Shown piece by piece: positions 22,509 through 34,059 of a stretch of DNA of 64,000 nt. The notes below the pieces were generated by a model. It was not told where the DNA came from. It did no database searches and saw nothing but the letters and a program-made list of their open reading frames with translations. The position numbers were made by a program, and so were the translations under genes. The stretch spans positions 2,418 through 66,417 of the forward strand of contig JAYVUT010000003.1 in assembly GCA_043787675.1 (NCBI GenBank), in the 5' to 3' direction. Origin of the DNA: Candidatus Altimarinota bacterium. Lineage in GTDB: Bacteria; Patescibacteriota; Gracilibacteria; BD1-5; UBA2023. The first letter of the stretch is position 1; every line of letters starts with the position of its first letter.

Positions 22509-25500
22509 CTATTTCACTTTTCTCAGCTTTCTCTCTCTGAGTTTTCGCTTGATCTTGTTCAGCAGTCACTCGTGTTCTGCTACATAGATCTCATAGTAGA
22601 TCCCTTTCACGACGAAGAGCGTGAGAAAAGATGCAGCGATAATACCGAATATAATGGTGAATCCCATACCTGCCCAGAATCGATCCCGTAGTGCAATCGG
22701 GAGGATACCGAGAACAGTCGTGACGGTCGTGAGTGTCATAGGCTCGAGACGGGAGGCTCCTGCTTCGATGAGTCAGTTGATACCTCACATACCTTTTTGG
22801 AGATTCTGATTGATCGCATCGATGAGGATGATACCATGATTGACAGCGATCCCGGTAAACGCTATGAATCCTATACCAAACGGCATGGAGAATTGGTTCC
22901 CAGTGAGGAGGAGCCCAATCATGACAAATGGTAGTGACATCACGACTGAGTAGAGGATGATTGCTGGTTGCGAAAAGCTATTGAACTGCAGAGTGAGGAT
23001 CGAGAATATCACCATCACGGCTATAAAGAATGCTGATACTACTGCGACGATGAGTTCATTATTGGCATCATTTTCTCCTCCTGCCTTGTACGAGATTCAT
23101 ACTGGGAACTTGTAGCTCTTTGCGTAGTCGACAAACACTCATTGACTCGATACGCTATCTATTCATTTTTCGAGGTCTGCTTCCACCGCTATCTGGACTT
23201 TTCCATTTTCTCGGTTGACGGATGCGATGGCATTTTGAGTTTTCGTATCTATGAAGTTGCCGACTGTATAGGTTGTCGGTCATACGGTGAATGGTATCGA
23301 GAGGATATCCTCCATACGAGATTCTTTTTGGAAAGTATCATTTTTGAGAACGACATTCATATCTTCACCATTATCTTCGATACTACCCACTATGACACCA
23401 TTCATACTCGTTGTGATTGCTTGATAGATCACAGATGATGGTACACCGTAGAGTGCGAGGAGATCCTTGCGAAGTGAGAAGACAAATTGTCCAGGAGTAT
23501 CTTGAGATGATACCGTGACATTCTTGGTACCTGGAATAGTTTTGAGATATTCTCGGAATTCTTTTGCTACTTTGATCAGTGTTGGGAGTTCACTGGCTTC
23601 GTTGGATATGATTTTGAGTCCGACTGCTTTGGACGACGGAGGTCATCCAGCGACTACTTTGCTCGTGACCTTGAGTCACTTGGATTCGAGTTTCGAGAGA
23701 CTCGCGAGCCAGATTTTTTCGAGATCGAACACACTTTTTTCTCCTCGTTTTTTTCGTATTTCTTTTTTGGTGAGCTCTATAGATATATTCATCTGATTCC
23801 CGGCAATTGACGTAGATACGTAGCGGATCTCGTTGTATCATTTGAAATATGGTGCAATATCTCCGACGAGCGCACTCATGACCTCAGTACGCACTCCGAC
23901 TGGACCCTCGATGACAAATGTAGTGAGATTGTTATCATCACTTGGGAAGAGCTCGAATCCAACAAGTGGTGCGAGAAATATGAACGATAGGATAAAAAGT
24001 CCAAATGGAATAACGATAGCAAGTCGTCTGAGATACGTATGTTCGAGAAAGTTACGCAATACTCGCTTGTACCACTCGATACAATTATGGATGATTCGAG
24101 TACGCAGTGATGCTTCGCTACTTTGGAGTTTGATTTTTCATACTCGTTCGAGTGACAGGAGCTCATGTTCATCTGGTGTCGCATATTCTAGAGTTGTATC
24201 GCTCTCGACATAGGTTTTTGATTTTCTCACAAACAAGAGATAGAGGGCACTATTGACCGTGAGTGCGAGTACGAGTCCTGAGGCGAGCACACCAAATATA
24301 GTGATCGGAATATAGGCGAGAAACTTGCCGAGAATACCAGGGAGGAACATCATCGGTATGAATACGACGATCGTCACAGAGACTCATGAGATGATCGGAA
24401 CAGAGTACTCACGCAGAGCGAGCATGATAGCCGTACGAGGATCATATCCCGTACGCAGTCTCGCACTTGCTCATTGTACGATCACGATGATCGTATCGAC
24501 CGCTATACCAAACGAGAGAATCAGTGAAAAATTGGTGAGAAAATTGAGCGTGAAACCAAAATAATACAGGAGCATAAATGTCGCGAGAAACGCCAGAGGC
24601 AGAGTCAAGCTCGCAAAGAGTGAGTCACGGAATCCAACAAATATATACATCGCTATAAATACGAGTACCAGAGTCGTGATAGCCTCACGAGTGAGCTCAC
24701 CATAGTCATCTCGGATATTGTCCGCGAGATCAGAGGTATAGAGATACCTGAGTCCAGTGAACTCACTGGTAGCAAATACTTGTTCGATTTCTTTTTTGGC
24801 AGCATCACTCGCTGTGAATATATTTGCTGAGTCATTTTTGTTGATAGTCAGACCGATATATGGAGCACTCTCTCAGCCCGATCCCATGATAACACGGTTT
24901 TCATTGGTATTCTTGTACTTGCGTTCTATTTTTGCGATATCTCCGAGTCGGATCTGTGAACCACCGGGGAGCGTGATAGCAGTATCAAGAAAGTCTATCG
25001 ATTTTCTATTTTTTCACTCGATTCGGTAATCATATTTTTTATCACCGAGAGAATAGTTCCCTATCGGTTGATCGAGATTGGCTGATCGTATAGTGCTCGC
25101 GATACTCGAGAGTGTGAGTCCGAGTGATGCGAGCTTGTCACTTGGGATGATGATCTGAGCATCATAGGTGGTTTCGTTGCCACCACCAGCAGATACGGCT
25201 GAGGTATTCGCACTTGCAGAGAGATCGACACTCTCTATTCAGGAGATGAGCTTGACCTTGTTTTGTAGCTCTATAGCTCTTGCCACGAGTACAGATCTCG
25301 ATGCTTTGTCACTCGGATCATAGATAAATACCGAAAATGCTCGTCCTGTGTCTGTTTTGATCTCTGTGATCACTGGTGTCTTGGCATCAGCAGGCAGTAT
25401 GACACTTCCTACTTTGTTGCGGATATCATCGAGGACATCTTTGACTTTTGCACTTGTTTTGACATTGACCGTCACACTGGATATACCGAGTGCAGATCTC

Positions 25501-25781
25501 GTCGTGATCTTATCGACTCACTTGATATCTTTGATCTGCTTGTATATCTTATCCGTGATGAGGGAGTCCATATCTTCAGGATTGGTTCCTGGATAGATAG
25601 TAGATATAGATACGATACCGAGATTGATTGATGGAGATGACTCCTTGGGTATAGCAAATGCAGCGAGGAGTCCCATGATGATCACGAGGAGGACGATGAG
25701 GTATGAGATACGATACTTGCGTACCCAGAATCCGAGAAATCCTGATTCGATATGAGATTGCAATTCTGACAGACGAGACAT
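22509..25781 (-). CDS. RND efflux transporter (AcrB/AcrD/AcrF family inner-membrane pump)
   Basis: ATG 25781. The 1090-aa ORF is assembled from fragments 25518-25790, 25239-25475, 24138-24377, 23838-24059 and 22785-23018 (same frame, joined by TGA). Typical TM/porter alternation with a C-terminal AGASRLEPMTLTTVTTVLGILP. TAG stop at 22509-22511. Confidence 0.93.
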
Positions 25782-25809
25782 ATATGACAATGAATTATGA
25801 ATTATTTCT

Positions 25810-27666
25810 TTATTCTCCCGTTCCAGTTTTTATCTGAGGAGATGGTATTGCGATTTTTTTCTTCTCGATTGTTTGTTTGGTAGCATCATAGTTGCTCATA
25901 TCTGTGATGATGACTTGTGATCCGACGGTGAGTGGAGAGAGTATCTCCATAGTATCTCCAGAAGTCTGCCCTATGGCGACAGTTTGTCTGATAATACCTG
26001 TACTGGTATAGATCGAGATCTCACCTTCTCACTCGGCGATGATCGCGACCGCATCGAGAGGGAGAGTGATGCTTGCCTTGTCTCATTCTCTGTATGTAGG
26101 GGCAAATATCACCGTAGCACTCTCACCGAGATATGGTCCACCATCTGCGATGGCTATACGGATAGTTGAGAGGAGATTGGCATTGGCGACGGTCGAGAGA
26201 GCAGTGATGATACCCGTCAGAGACTTGCCTGACACGAGTACTCCTACACTATCCCCGACTCATAGAGATGCGACCAGTGATGGTGCGACATCGATGATAA
26301 TCTGTGGTTGTTTTCCAGTAAAATCAGCTATCTGCGATCCTATATTGACGGAGAGCCCAACACTCGCGATCACTCTAGAGATAACTCCATCGACTGGAGC
26401 GGTGACTCTGAGTTTGCTCGCATCTCGCTCTGCTTGCTGGAGTGCGATTTTTGCATTTTCTCTATTGGCATCGAGTTGTACGAGAGTTGCTCACTTGAGT
26501 GCCTGAGCCGTATCATAGGATTTTTTGGCTTGTTCAAAATTGAGCCGAGCATTTTCGATCTTATCCTTGAGATCGATTCGAGCATTCTCATAGGTTATAT
26601 GGATATCATTATTGCTATTTATGAGAGTATTCTCATCTGCCGTGAGAGGTCTTGTCAAGCTCGCGAGTGCGAGTCGATTCGCAGTTTCTGTATTTTTGTA
26701 TCACTTAAAAAATGTCAGCGTCCCAGCTCTCCAGCCATTGTATCCTCACTCAGATCATTGTATAGTGGCTCTCTGTCCATTCCATGCTGCAACCCATCCA
26801 GAGAGGAGTTCCTGTGGGAGTCCACCTCCGACGACACTATTTTGGAGCATATAGAGCATCGCATCGGCGAGCTTGCGTGATTGATCATAGCTCTTGGATA
26901 TGGTATCAAAATCTGCAATAGGGTCAGTGAGATTGATTGTCTTGGATTTCTCGATCTTGGCTCTGAGATCTCATCGGATAGAGTAGGTAGTATTCCACTC
27001 ATTGTTGGCGAGAGCTCGTGAGTCACCGACTCGAGTTCCGAGATATGGTTCCCAGGCGTCATTCGCATATTCGAAATTGGTCGTGATACCGAGGATCTTG
27101 TCTGCCTCATAGAGCATCGATGTCATGATACGCTCAGCATCTGATAGGTAGGTTTTGTAGCTCTCATTGTACGCGTCGAGAGTTTTTGAATTCGTATTTA
27201 CCAGTGTATCATAGCTGAGTGCATTTTTGCCTGTGAGTGTATCGTAGGCCTGACGAGACCTCTCATAGTTGATACGAGCTGCATCGACGGATTGTATGAG
27301 ATTGATACGAGTAGTTTCGATACTTGCATTCTGTACCTTGATAGTATTGACCGCTTGCGAATACCTGAGATCGTAGTTATTTTGAGTATCTTTGAGTGTT
27401 GCTATGACAGTACCAGCTTTGACAGATTGTCACTCTCGGACATTGATCTTCGAGATCTCTCAGGCTCATTGGGCCGTGAGTGTGAGAGATGAGCTCGCAG
27501 TGATACGCCCAGTTTTCTCGATAGTCACACCTGTCTGAGTTTGTCCGATAGTATATGTCTCTATGACAAACGGAGTTTTGCTCGCTGGAGCAACACTGAG
27601 TATGGTAGATCCACAACTCGAGAGTACGAGAGTAGATGAGAGCAATATGGCGATGAGTGGCTTCAT
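25810..27666 (-). CDS. Efflux periplasmic adaptor (HlyD/MFP family) lipoprotein with a very long coiled-coil hairpin
   Basis: ATG 27666 and lipobox LVLSSC. First lipoyl half ISKINVRE-G-QSVKAGTVIATL; second half LRVTAPVDGVISRV lies about 330 aa later. No TAA/TAG in frame until 25810-25812, giving 618 aa. Confidence 0.85.
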
Positions 27667-27752
27667 GGTAGCAGGTATTAGAAATTTAGAATCGGGAACA
27701 CCTCTATATTGTATAGAGGGATTATCATCGTAGGATGAGGGTCATATTGGTA

Positions 27753-27998
27753 TTATTTTTCTATATTGCATTCGGCCTTGAGGAGATCGATGAAGTCACC
27801 CATATCCTCAGCCTTGATGAATCCGACGAATTTGCCATATTTGGTCATAGACATGAGAGTATCTCACTCGACTATACCGAGCATATCGCGGACATCCTTG
27901 GGTATGACGATCTGTCATTTTGTACCGACAGTAACTGATCCGTGCATCTTGACACCGACTACAGCCTTTACTGGTACATCTTTTTTGGATCCGAACAT
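27753..27998 (-). CDS. AbrB/MazE/SpoVT-family DNA-binding protein, first gene of the efflux operon
   Basis: ATG 27998 and TAA 27753-27755. The SpoVT-AbrB core is [25 protein letters not shown], and TGA at 27915-27917 falls on the conserved G of GQ(I/V)xIP. Confidence 0.8.
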
Positions 27999-28076
27999 AG
28001 GAGAAAAGTTAGAAAAGTAATACAAAACCCACTATATAGACTTTTCTCACCGATGCAAATCTATTTGAAATATCTA

Positions 28077-28103
28077 TTGATTTTTCTCATATACGAATAT
28101 AAT
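28077..28103 (+). promoter_or_regulatory. Candidate promoter for htpX
   Basis: TTGATT and TATAAT with a short 15-nt spacer, about 25 nt upstream of the ATG. Confidence 0.3.
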
Positions 28104-28127
28104 AATCACATCCTAACTTTCTATACT

Positions 28128-29033
28128 ATGCAATTTTTCAAGCGTATTTTCTTCTTTCTTCTCACGAATATGGCAGTTCTCGCACTCCTGTCTATAGTGA
28201 TGATGGTAGTGAACTACTTTTTCCCTGGTATACTCTCGGCTAACGGTGGTATGGTACAACTCCTGATCTACGCTCTTGTGATCGGTTTTGGTGGTGCGAT
28301 CATCTCGCTCCTCATCTCCCGCTGGAGTGCCAAGCGAGCATACTCTATCGTGCTCCTCGATGCTCAGACGGCGAGTCGTGATCCTCAGCTCCAGGTTGTC
28401 TGGTCTACCGTCGAGCGGATTGCTCAGATGCATCAGATCACTATGCCAGAGGTCGGATACTATGAGTCTGCAGAGCCCAATGCTTTCGCAACTGGTGCGA
28501 GCAAGAACAAGTCTCTCGTCGCTGTCTCGACTGGACTCCTAGCTCAGATGGAGAAAAAAGAAATCGAATGAGTCGTAGGGCATGAGATGGCACATATCCT
28601 CAACGGTGATATGGTGACACTCACTCTCCTGCAGTGAGTGATGAATACATTCGTCGTGTTCTTCGCGAATATCGCTGCTCGACTCGTCGCATCATCGATT
28701 GCTCGAGACAATGAGACTGTAGGATATTTCACATACAGTCTCATCTCTATGGGATTCCAGCTCGTATTCGGTGCTCTCGCCTCACTCGTGGTCATGTGGT
28801 TCTCTCGTACTCGAGAATATAGAGCCGATCTCGGTGGTGCACAATATACATCTCGTGCGAGCATGGTAGCAGGACTCAGGAGACTCCAACAGATGCAAAA
28901 TGTGAAACCAACACAACATCCAGATGGGAACCTGACAGCGTTTATGATCACAGAGCAAGACTCGTTCTGGTCTACGCATCCATCTCTCGATAATCGTATA
29001 CGGGCACTCGAGGAGAACTATAGTCTGGTATAA
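28128..29033 (+). CDS. htpX: Zinc metalloprotease HtpX (peptidase M48)
   Basis: ATG 28128, TM helices, and the HEXXH motif as VVGHEMAHI. Fragments 27942-28571 and 28638-29033 share a frame and are joined by two TGA. TAA stop at 29031-29033. Confidence 0.92.
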
Positions 29034-29045
29034 TTCTATAGAAAT

Positions 29046-29074
29046 AAAAACCCCTCCAAACTGGAGGGGTTTTG
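29046..29074. terminator. Bidirectional terminator
   Basis: Stem cccctcc / ggagggg preceded by an A-run and followed by a T-run. Confidence 0.7.
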
Positions 29075-29105
29075 ATTAGCAATCATATCTCTCAGAATAA
29101 CGGAT

Positions 29106-32100
29106 TTATTCGCTAGATATATTATAGAGTTTATTTACTATTTCATCTCGCTCCCCCTCTAGTTTTTTCATCTCTGGATTGGATGATCTCACGAGCTTCA
29201 GTATCTCTTTCGGGAGTGGCATACCGATATCCATGACCGGACTGAGAACATGAGCGACATAGATATACTCACTCCGTATATCCCCTACTCTCTCATCGAG
29301 TCCATCGATCCTCGTCTCATAGAGATCACGATATGTCCTGATATTCTGGGTGGATTTCGCGAGGGCTATGATCTTCTCACTATTTTCGATAAGGGATTGT
29401 TTGAGAGATTCTTGAGTATGAGAGTTAATATCTGGTACAACGAGGAGTTGCAGATTCGTCATATTACATATTCATCAGAAATCATCTTGAAGTTGTCTAA
29501 AAATAGACTCAGAGTTGAGCAATCAAAATAAATAAAATAATTCTGGTAGATTCTCTTCGTTATCTATCCCAATAGAAGTGAATGCGTTCCAATTATGTAT
29601 GTGCTTATAATCAGTGAATGTGAATATATGTCTCTTTTGTCTCCCTGAAACACTACTCCAGGTAAGTCGATATTTTTTAGAAATTATATTCTTTGTTGTT
29701 GGATACTCTTCAATTGCACCCAGGCTATTATAATCATACCATCTTTCATTTTCATGTTGCAATGTAATATATGAATTTTGGAGGAAGATTGGCAGTCATA
29801 ATCAGACAGTATTTGATTGATCATTTTTTCATCAAATAGGTATTCGTGAATAAATTGAAAGGTGAAAGTCTCATTTAGACTCCAATATAGTAAGAATTTT
29901 TGCAAAAAGTAATCATGATTTTACTGTAAATAATTTATTATTCTCTATTTTTTCATCAATACAATTTTCAAGAAAATCTTTTAATACAATTTTTTGAGTA
30001 ACCCCAGTATATTTCTTAAGAATGACTGGATATTGCGGCTTTTTTCATTTTTCGATGATAATAATTGTTGAGTCAGTTGCTACTAATATATTTTGATCTA
30101 GCCCTCTTCAATAAAATAGACTTCATATTCAAAAGTCATATATTTTTTGAATTGAGCATTTATCTTTTAGGAAAGAACGAAGTTTATGAAAAGATGGTTG
30201 TTGTAGTATGCTTCGAGGAGTAATAAATGCTATTTTTGCATTATCATTCATCAAATAATATCAAAGATAATAAAAATATCCATAAATATTAAATTGAGAA
30301 TTTCATATACGAAGAAAATTTCAGTCACCTAAATCAATTTTAGAGTATTTTGGATCATTGATATTGATACCAAATAAATTCGCATTATCATATTTTGCAT
30401 CTCACTTTACATATGGAGGATTTCCTACTACAAAATCAAATTTTACCCGCTTGGTCTCATGTCGGAGGATGATCTCATCGATTTTTGTATCGAGACTCCT
30501 CAGATCATCTTTCTTCTTTTTTAGCTCTATAGGTATACTCTTGCGTATATACTCCTCTTCGGTTGTCTCACCTATACGCTCTATCGATGTTTTCTTCTCG
30601 AAGTCTTCTATACTCGTAGACTTATCATATACCTTGAGTATATCAGGAGAGTATTTCGACTCGATGAATTCTCGGATATATGCTTTCCTGATATTTATCC
30701 TGAGACTAGTAGGATCGATATCTCGTATATCGAGATAGATCTTGAGTATCTCTTCTTCATCACGCTTCGAGAGGAGAGTATTCGATAGAGTATCACCACG
30801 GAATGCTCTGATCGTAGTATCTATGATGGTCTCTCCACTATTCGCGAACTCAGCGATACTATCTGTAGTCGAGAATATACGGATCTGTCTATTGATCGGA
30901 TTGGTGATATTCCCCTCATTATCTATGTTGTGATAGAGGAGAGTCATGAGGATATTCATCTCTGCGAGATAGAGTGGGAAAGCCTCGATATCGAATCAGA
31001 CGATATTGTTGATGATGAGAGCCTCGGCAAGGAGTCACTTCTCGTGAGATGTGAGATCGAGTGTATTGATAGTATTGACTATGCGACTTGCTGCCTTATA
31101 GAGAAATGTTCCTGATCCACATGCAGGATCGATGATCGAGAGACCTGGGATATTGAAATATTGTTTCTCTATTTCCTCAGCTGTGAAGTTCGACTTTCCT
31201 ATAGGAGCAGACTGAGCAAAGGTGTTTTTTATATTTTGTATTCCGTAGGATTCTATAGTATTTTTGATATAGATCTCTGTATATCCGACCTCTTCGAGCA
31301 TATATTCGACGATATCTGGGGGTGTGAATACCTGTCACTTCTTAGTATCGTCTTCTTTGTAGCGTTCTTTGAGATAGTTTTCATAGACGGTACCGAATAT
31401 ATCTTGTTTCACACTCTTGAAATTGTATTTGATGATGAACACATAGAGATCCAGAAATGGTCGAAGAGCGACGAGTTCTCACTCATAGATACCCTCTTCG
31501 CTATATTTGGTTCGGATTTTCTCGAGTATTGTTTCTTGTTCATTTTTGTAGCTCGTGTAGAATCGTGCGAGAAACCCGAGTTTTTTGAATATATGTTGGG
31601 TGAGCTTGTTCCACTCTTCTCGCTCGAGGAGGTCGACCAGTTCAGATACTGAGAGGAGATCGATATTTTTTTTATCTTGTATGATCTTCAGGAGGATGAA
31701 TTGTATGATAAAACTATATACTCCCTTGATCTTCATACCATCATCATACTCAGATCCAAATGCTCCAGCAAGCTCGAAATCAGCAAGCACATCTTCGGCA
31801 AGTCTGATCAGATCGGCATGAAAATCTTCGATAATAAATTCACTCTGAGATACGAGCGTCGAAAGCGAGGTAAATGATGTGAGATAATAATCTTTCTTTT
31901 CAAATAGTTTATCTTTTTTGCGTTTTCAATCTTCTGTCGCGAGTTCTGGGAGTGTCAGAGTCGTATATCCACCATGGTATCCTCGAGTATAGAATCTCCA
32001 TGTCCACCCATCAGTGAGTATCCCATAGAGAGCATTTTTTCGCTTCATATATTTTTCTATCTGCCATTCTCATTTCTTCAGATTCTCATACATTTCTACT

Positions 32101-32345
32101 TCTACTGGTACTATGATACCATCGATGTTGAGTATGAAGTCATCACCCCTATCACCATCATCACCACGAGTTGCTTCATATCTATAGGTATGAGATATCT
32201 TGGCATTTCCAGGAGAGAGGGAGAATATATCACTCTCGAGGATATCTTTCGAGAATCACTGAGTGCCATCTCCGATTTCTTTTCCACGATAGAATTCTCT
32301 ATTTTTTTGATACTTTTCGATGAGTTTTTGGATCGATATAGGCAT
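29106..32345 (-). CDS. Single-polypeptide type IIG-like restriction-modification enzyme / gamma-class N6-adenine DNA methyltransferase (Eco57I-like) with an N-terminal HsdR_N/PD-(D/E)xK-like domain and a C-terminal specificity domain
   Basis: ATG 32345. One frame contains no TAA/TAG down to TAA 29106-29108, giving 1079 aa. It fuses ORFs 31479-31790, 31035-31301, 30402-30959, 29523-29762 and 29106-29462. Motif X VFTPPDIVEYM, motif I IIDPACGSGTFL and motif IV FDFVVGNPPYV are present. The N-terminal DDFILNIDGIIVPVEVEMY...YGILTDGWTWRFY resembles HsdR_N. Confidence 0.85.
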
Positions 32346-32381
32346 ATACGAAAAGTAAAATTCTGAATGATATTCTATAAT

Positions 32382-33161
32382 CTACGATAGAGTCAATATC
32401 TCATATCCTGTCTCGGTGACGAGGATAGTGTGTTCGAACTGAGCGGAGAGTGATCCATCCTTGGTTCTCGCTGTCCAGTTATCTCGGTCGAGTTTTGATG
32501 CGAATTTGCCGAGATTGATCATCGGCTCTATGGTGAATACCATCCCTACTTGCATCTTGGGTCCAGTATTGCGTTCAGCCTTGTGATAGACATAGGGCTC
32601 CTCATGGAACGCTATACCAACACCATGTCCCGTGTAGTCTCTCACGACCGAGTATCATCTCGACTCTGCATACTGCGATATGGCGTATCCGATATTCCCG
32701 AACTGATTGCCTGGTCTCACCTCTGCGATCCCGATCTCCCATGACTTCTTCGTCACTGCGATCAGCTCTCTCGCCTTCTCACTCACATCACCGACACTAT
32801 ACATACGAGATGCATCACCGAAGTATCCATCGACGATCGTCGTGACATCGATATTGAGTATATCTCACTCCTGGAGTATCTCATCTGCTCTGGGTATACC
32901 ATGACAGATGACGTCGTTGAGTGATATACAGGTAGATCTCGGGTAGCCTCACTTGCCCCAGCTATTGTTGCCCTTGTAGTCTATGCAGGCAGAGGTACCT
33001 CCATTCGATAGGATAAAGGTATTCATGATATTATCCAGCTCTAGCGTCGAGACTCCGGATCGAACATATGACCCGATCATATCGAGTGTACGAGCGGTGA
33101 GATTCCCTGCTTTGCGGATTCCTGCGATTTGCTCAGGTGTTTTGATGAGTATTTTGGACAT
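32382..33161 (-). CDS. map: Methionine aminopeptidase type I
   Basis: ATG 33161. GHGVGIAFHEEP and FTIEPM motifs. The two fragments are joined by TGA. TAG stop at 32382-32384. Confidence 0.95.
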
Positions 33162-33234
33162 ATTGGAGTAAAATTATTTGCAGTATAGAAAAAAAAGAAT
33201 ATATTGCAAATATTGACAAATAATATTCATTATT

Positions 33235-34059
33235 ATGAATTCATCATACAATGAACTCGCAAATGAGGTAGATCTCTATCGTTCCCTTTTTCAGCTCATT
33301 TCTATACATCCTGGAGTCAATGGTTGATATAACTGGAAACTCGGTGAAAAGTGAAAAGAGAAGCAGATATTCGTATCGTCTACAGGGATACAAGAGAAGC
33401 CACTAAAACCCAAAGAGCTCGCAGTACTCGCCATAGCACTATCAGAATGAAATGAGAGATCTGAACTCGATAGATTATCCGCACAATCAAAAATAATGGA
33501 CGCTGGTATCATAACGGTATGAGATATCGTGAGTACTACCCAGCATCTTGTCACGATAACCCGTAGAGAGCATATAACGAATAAGAGATTCATCGCGAAT
33601 GCTACAGAAAATACTGCAAAAATAACTGTACTCCTCTGAGCCTATCATAGTATTGCAAAGCATCTCATAGCAAATCATGATGATATCAATGATCCTGAGT
33701 ATATGATTCTTTTGGGATACATTATAGCTATTTTATGATATAGATATGAGTTCCGACCATATATGATCAATCATAATTTGACTGATACGAATTGGGTACA
33801 AGTGTACGATTCTATGTTTTCTAGTTTCAGTGAAACAAGCAAGGCACACTATGCTGATGAGTGATACTATGCACTTTGGGAGGTGTTTCGCTCTATTCGC
33901 AATGAGATAGAAACCAAAATACTCATCAAAAAAACTAAACAAGATCTCCTCGTGAGTTCCCCGATTACGCCTACACTTGTTTCGTGATTGCTCGTAGGTA
34001 TATTTAGCCGATCACTTCCCTCGGCTTCGACCCATCTGCAGGACCCACTATCCCCATAG
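33235..34059 (+). CDS. Hypothetical protein (274 aa)
   Basis: ATG 33235. There is no TAA/TAG in frame for 274 codons, with 8 in-frame TGA; TAG stop at 34057-34059. I recognise no motif. The 3' end overlaps ftsK by 56 nt. Confidence 0.6.

Noticed and set aside
25984-27110. Plus-strand and off-frame ORFs inside the adaptor gene (26039-26506, 26308-26880, 26715-27110).
   Set aside because: The in-frame minus ORF 25810-27666 is continuous and has a lipobox plus HlyD-type lipoyl halves. The others lack any motif.
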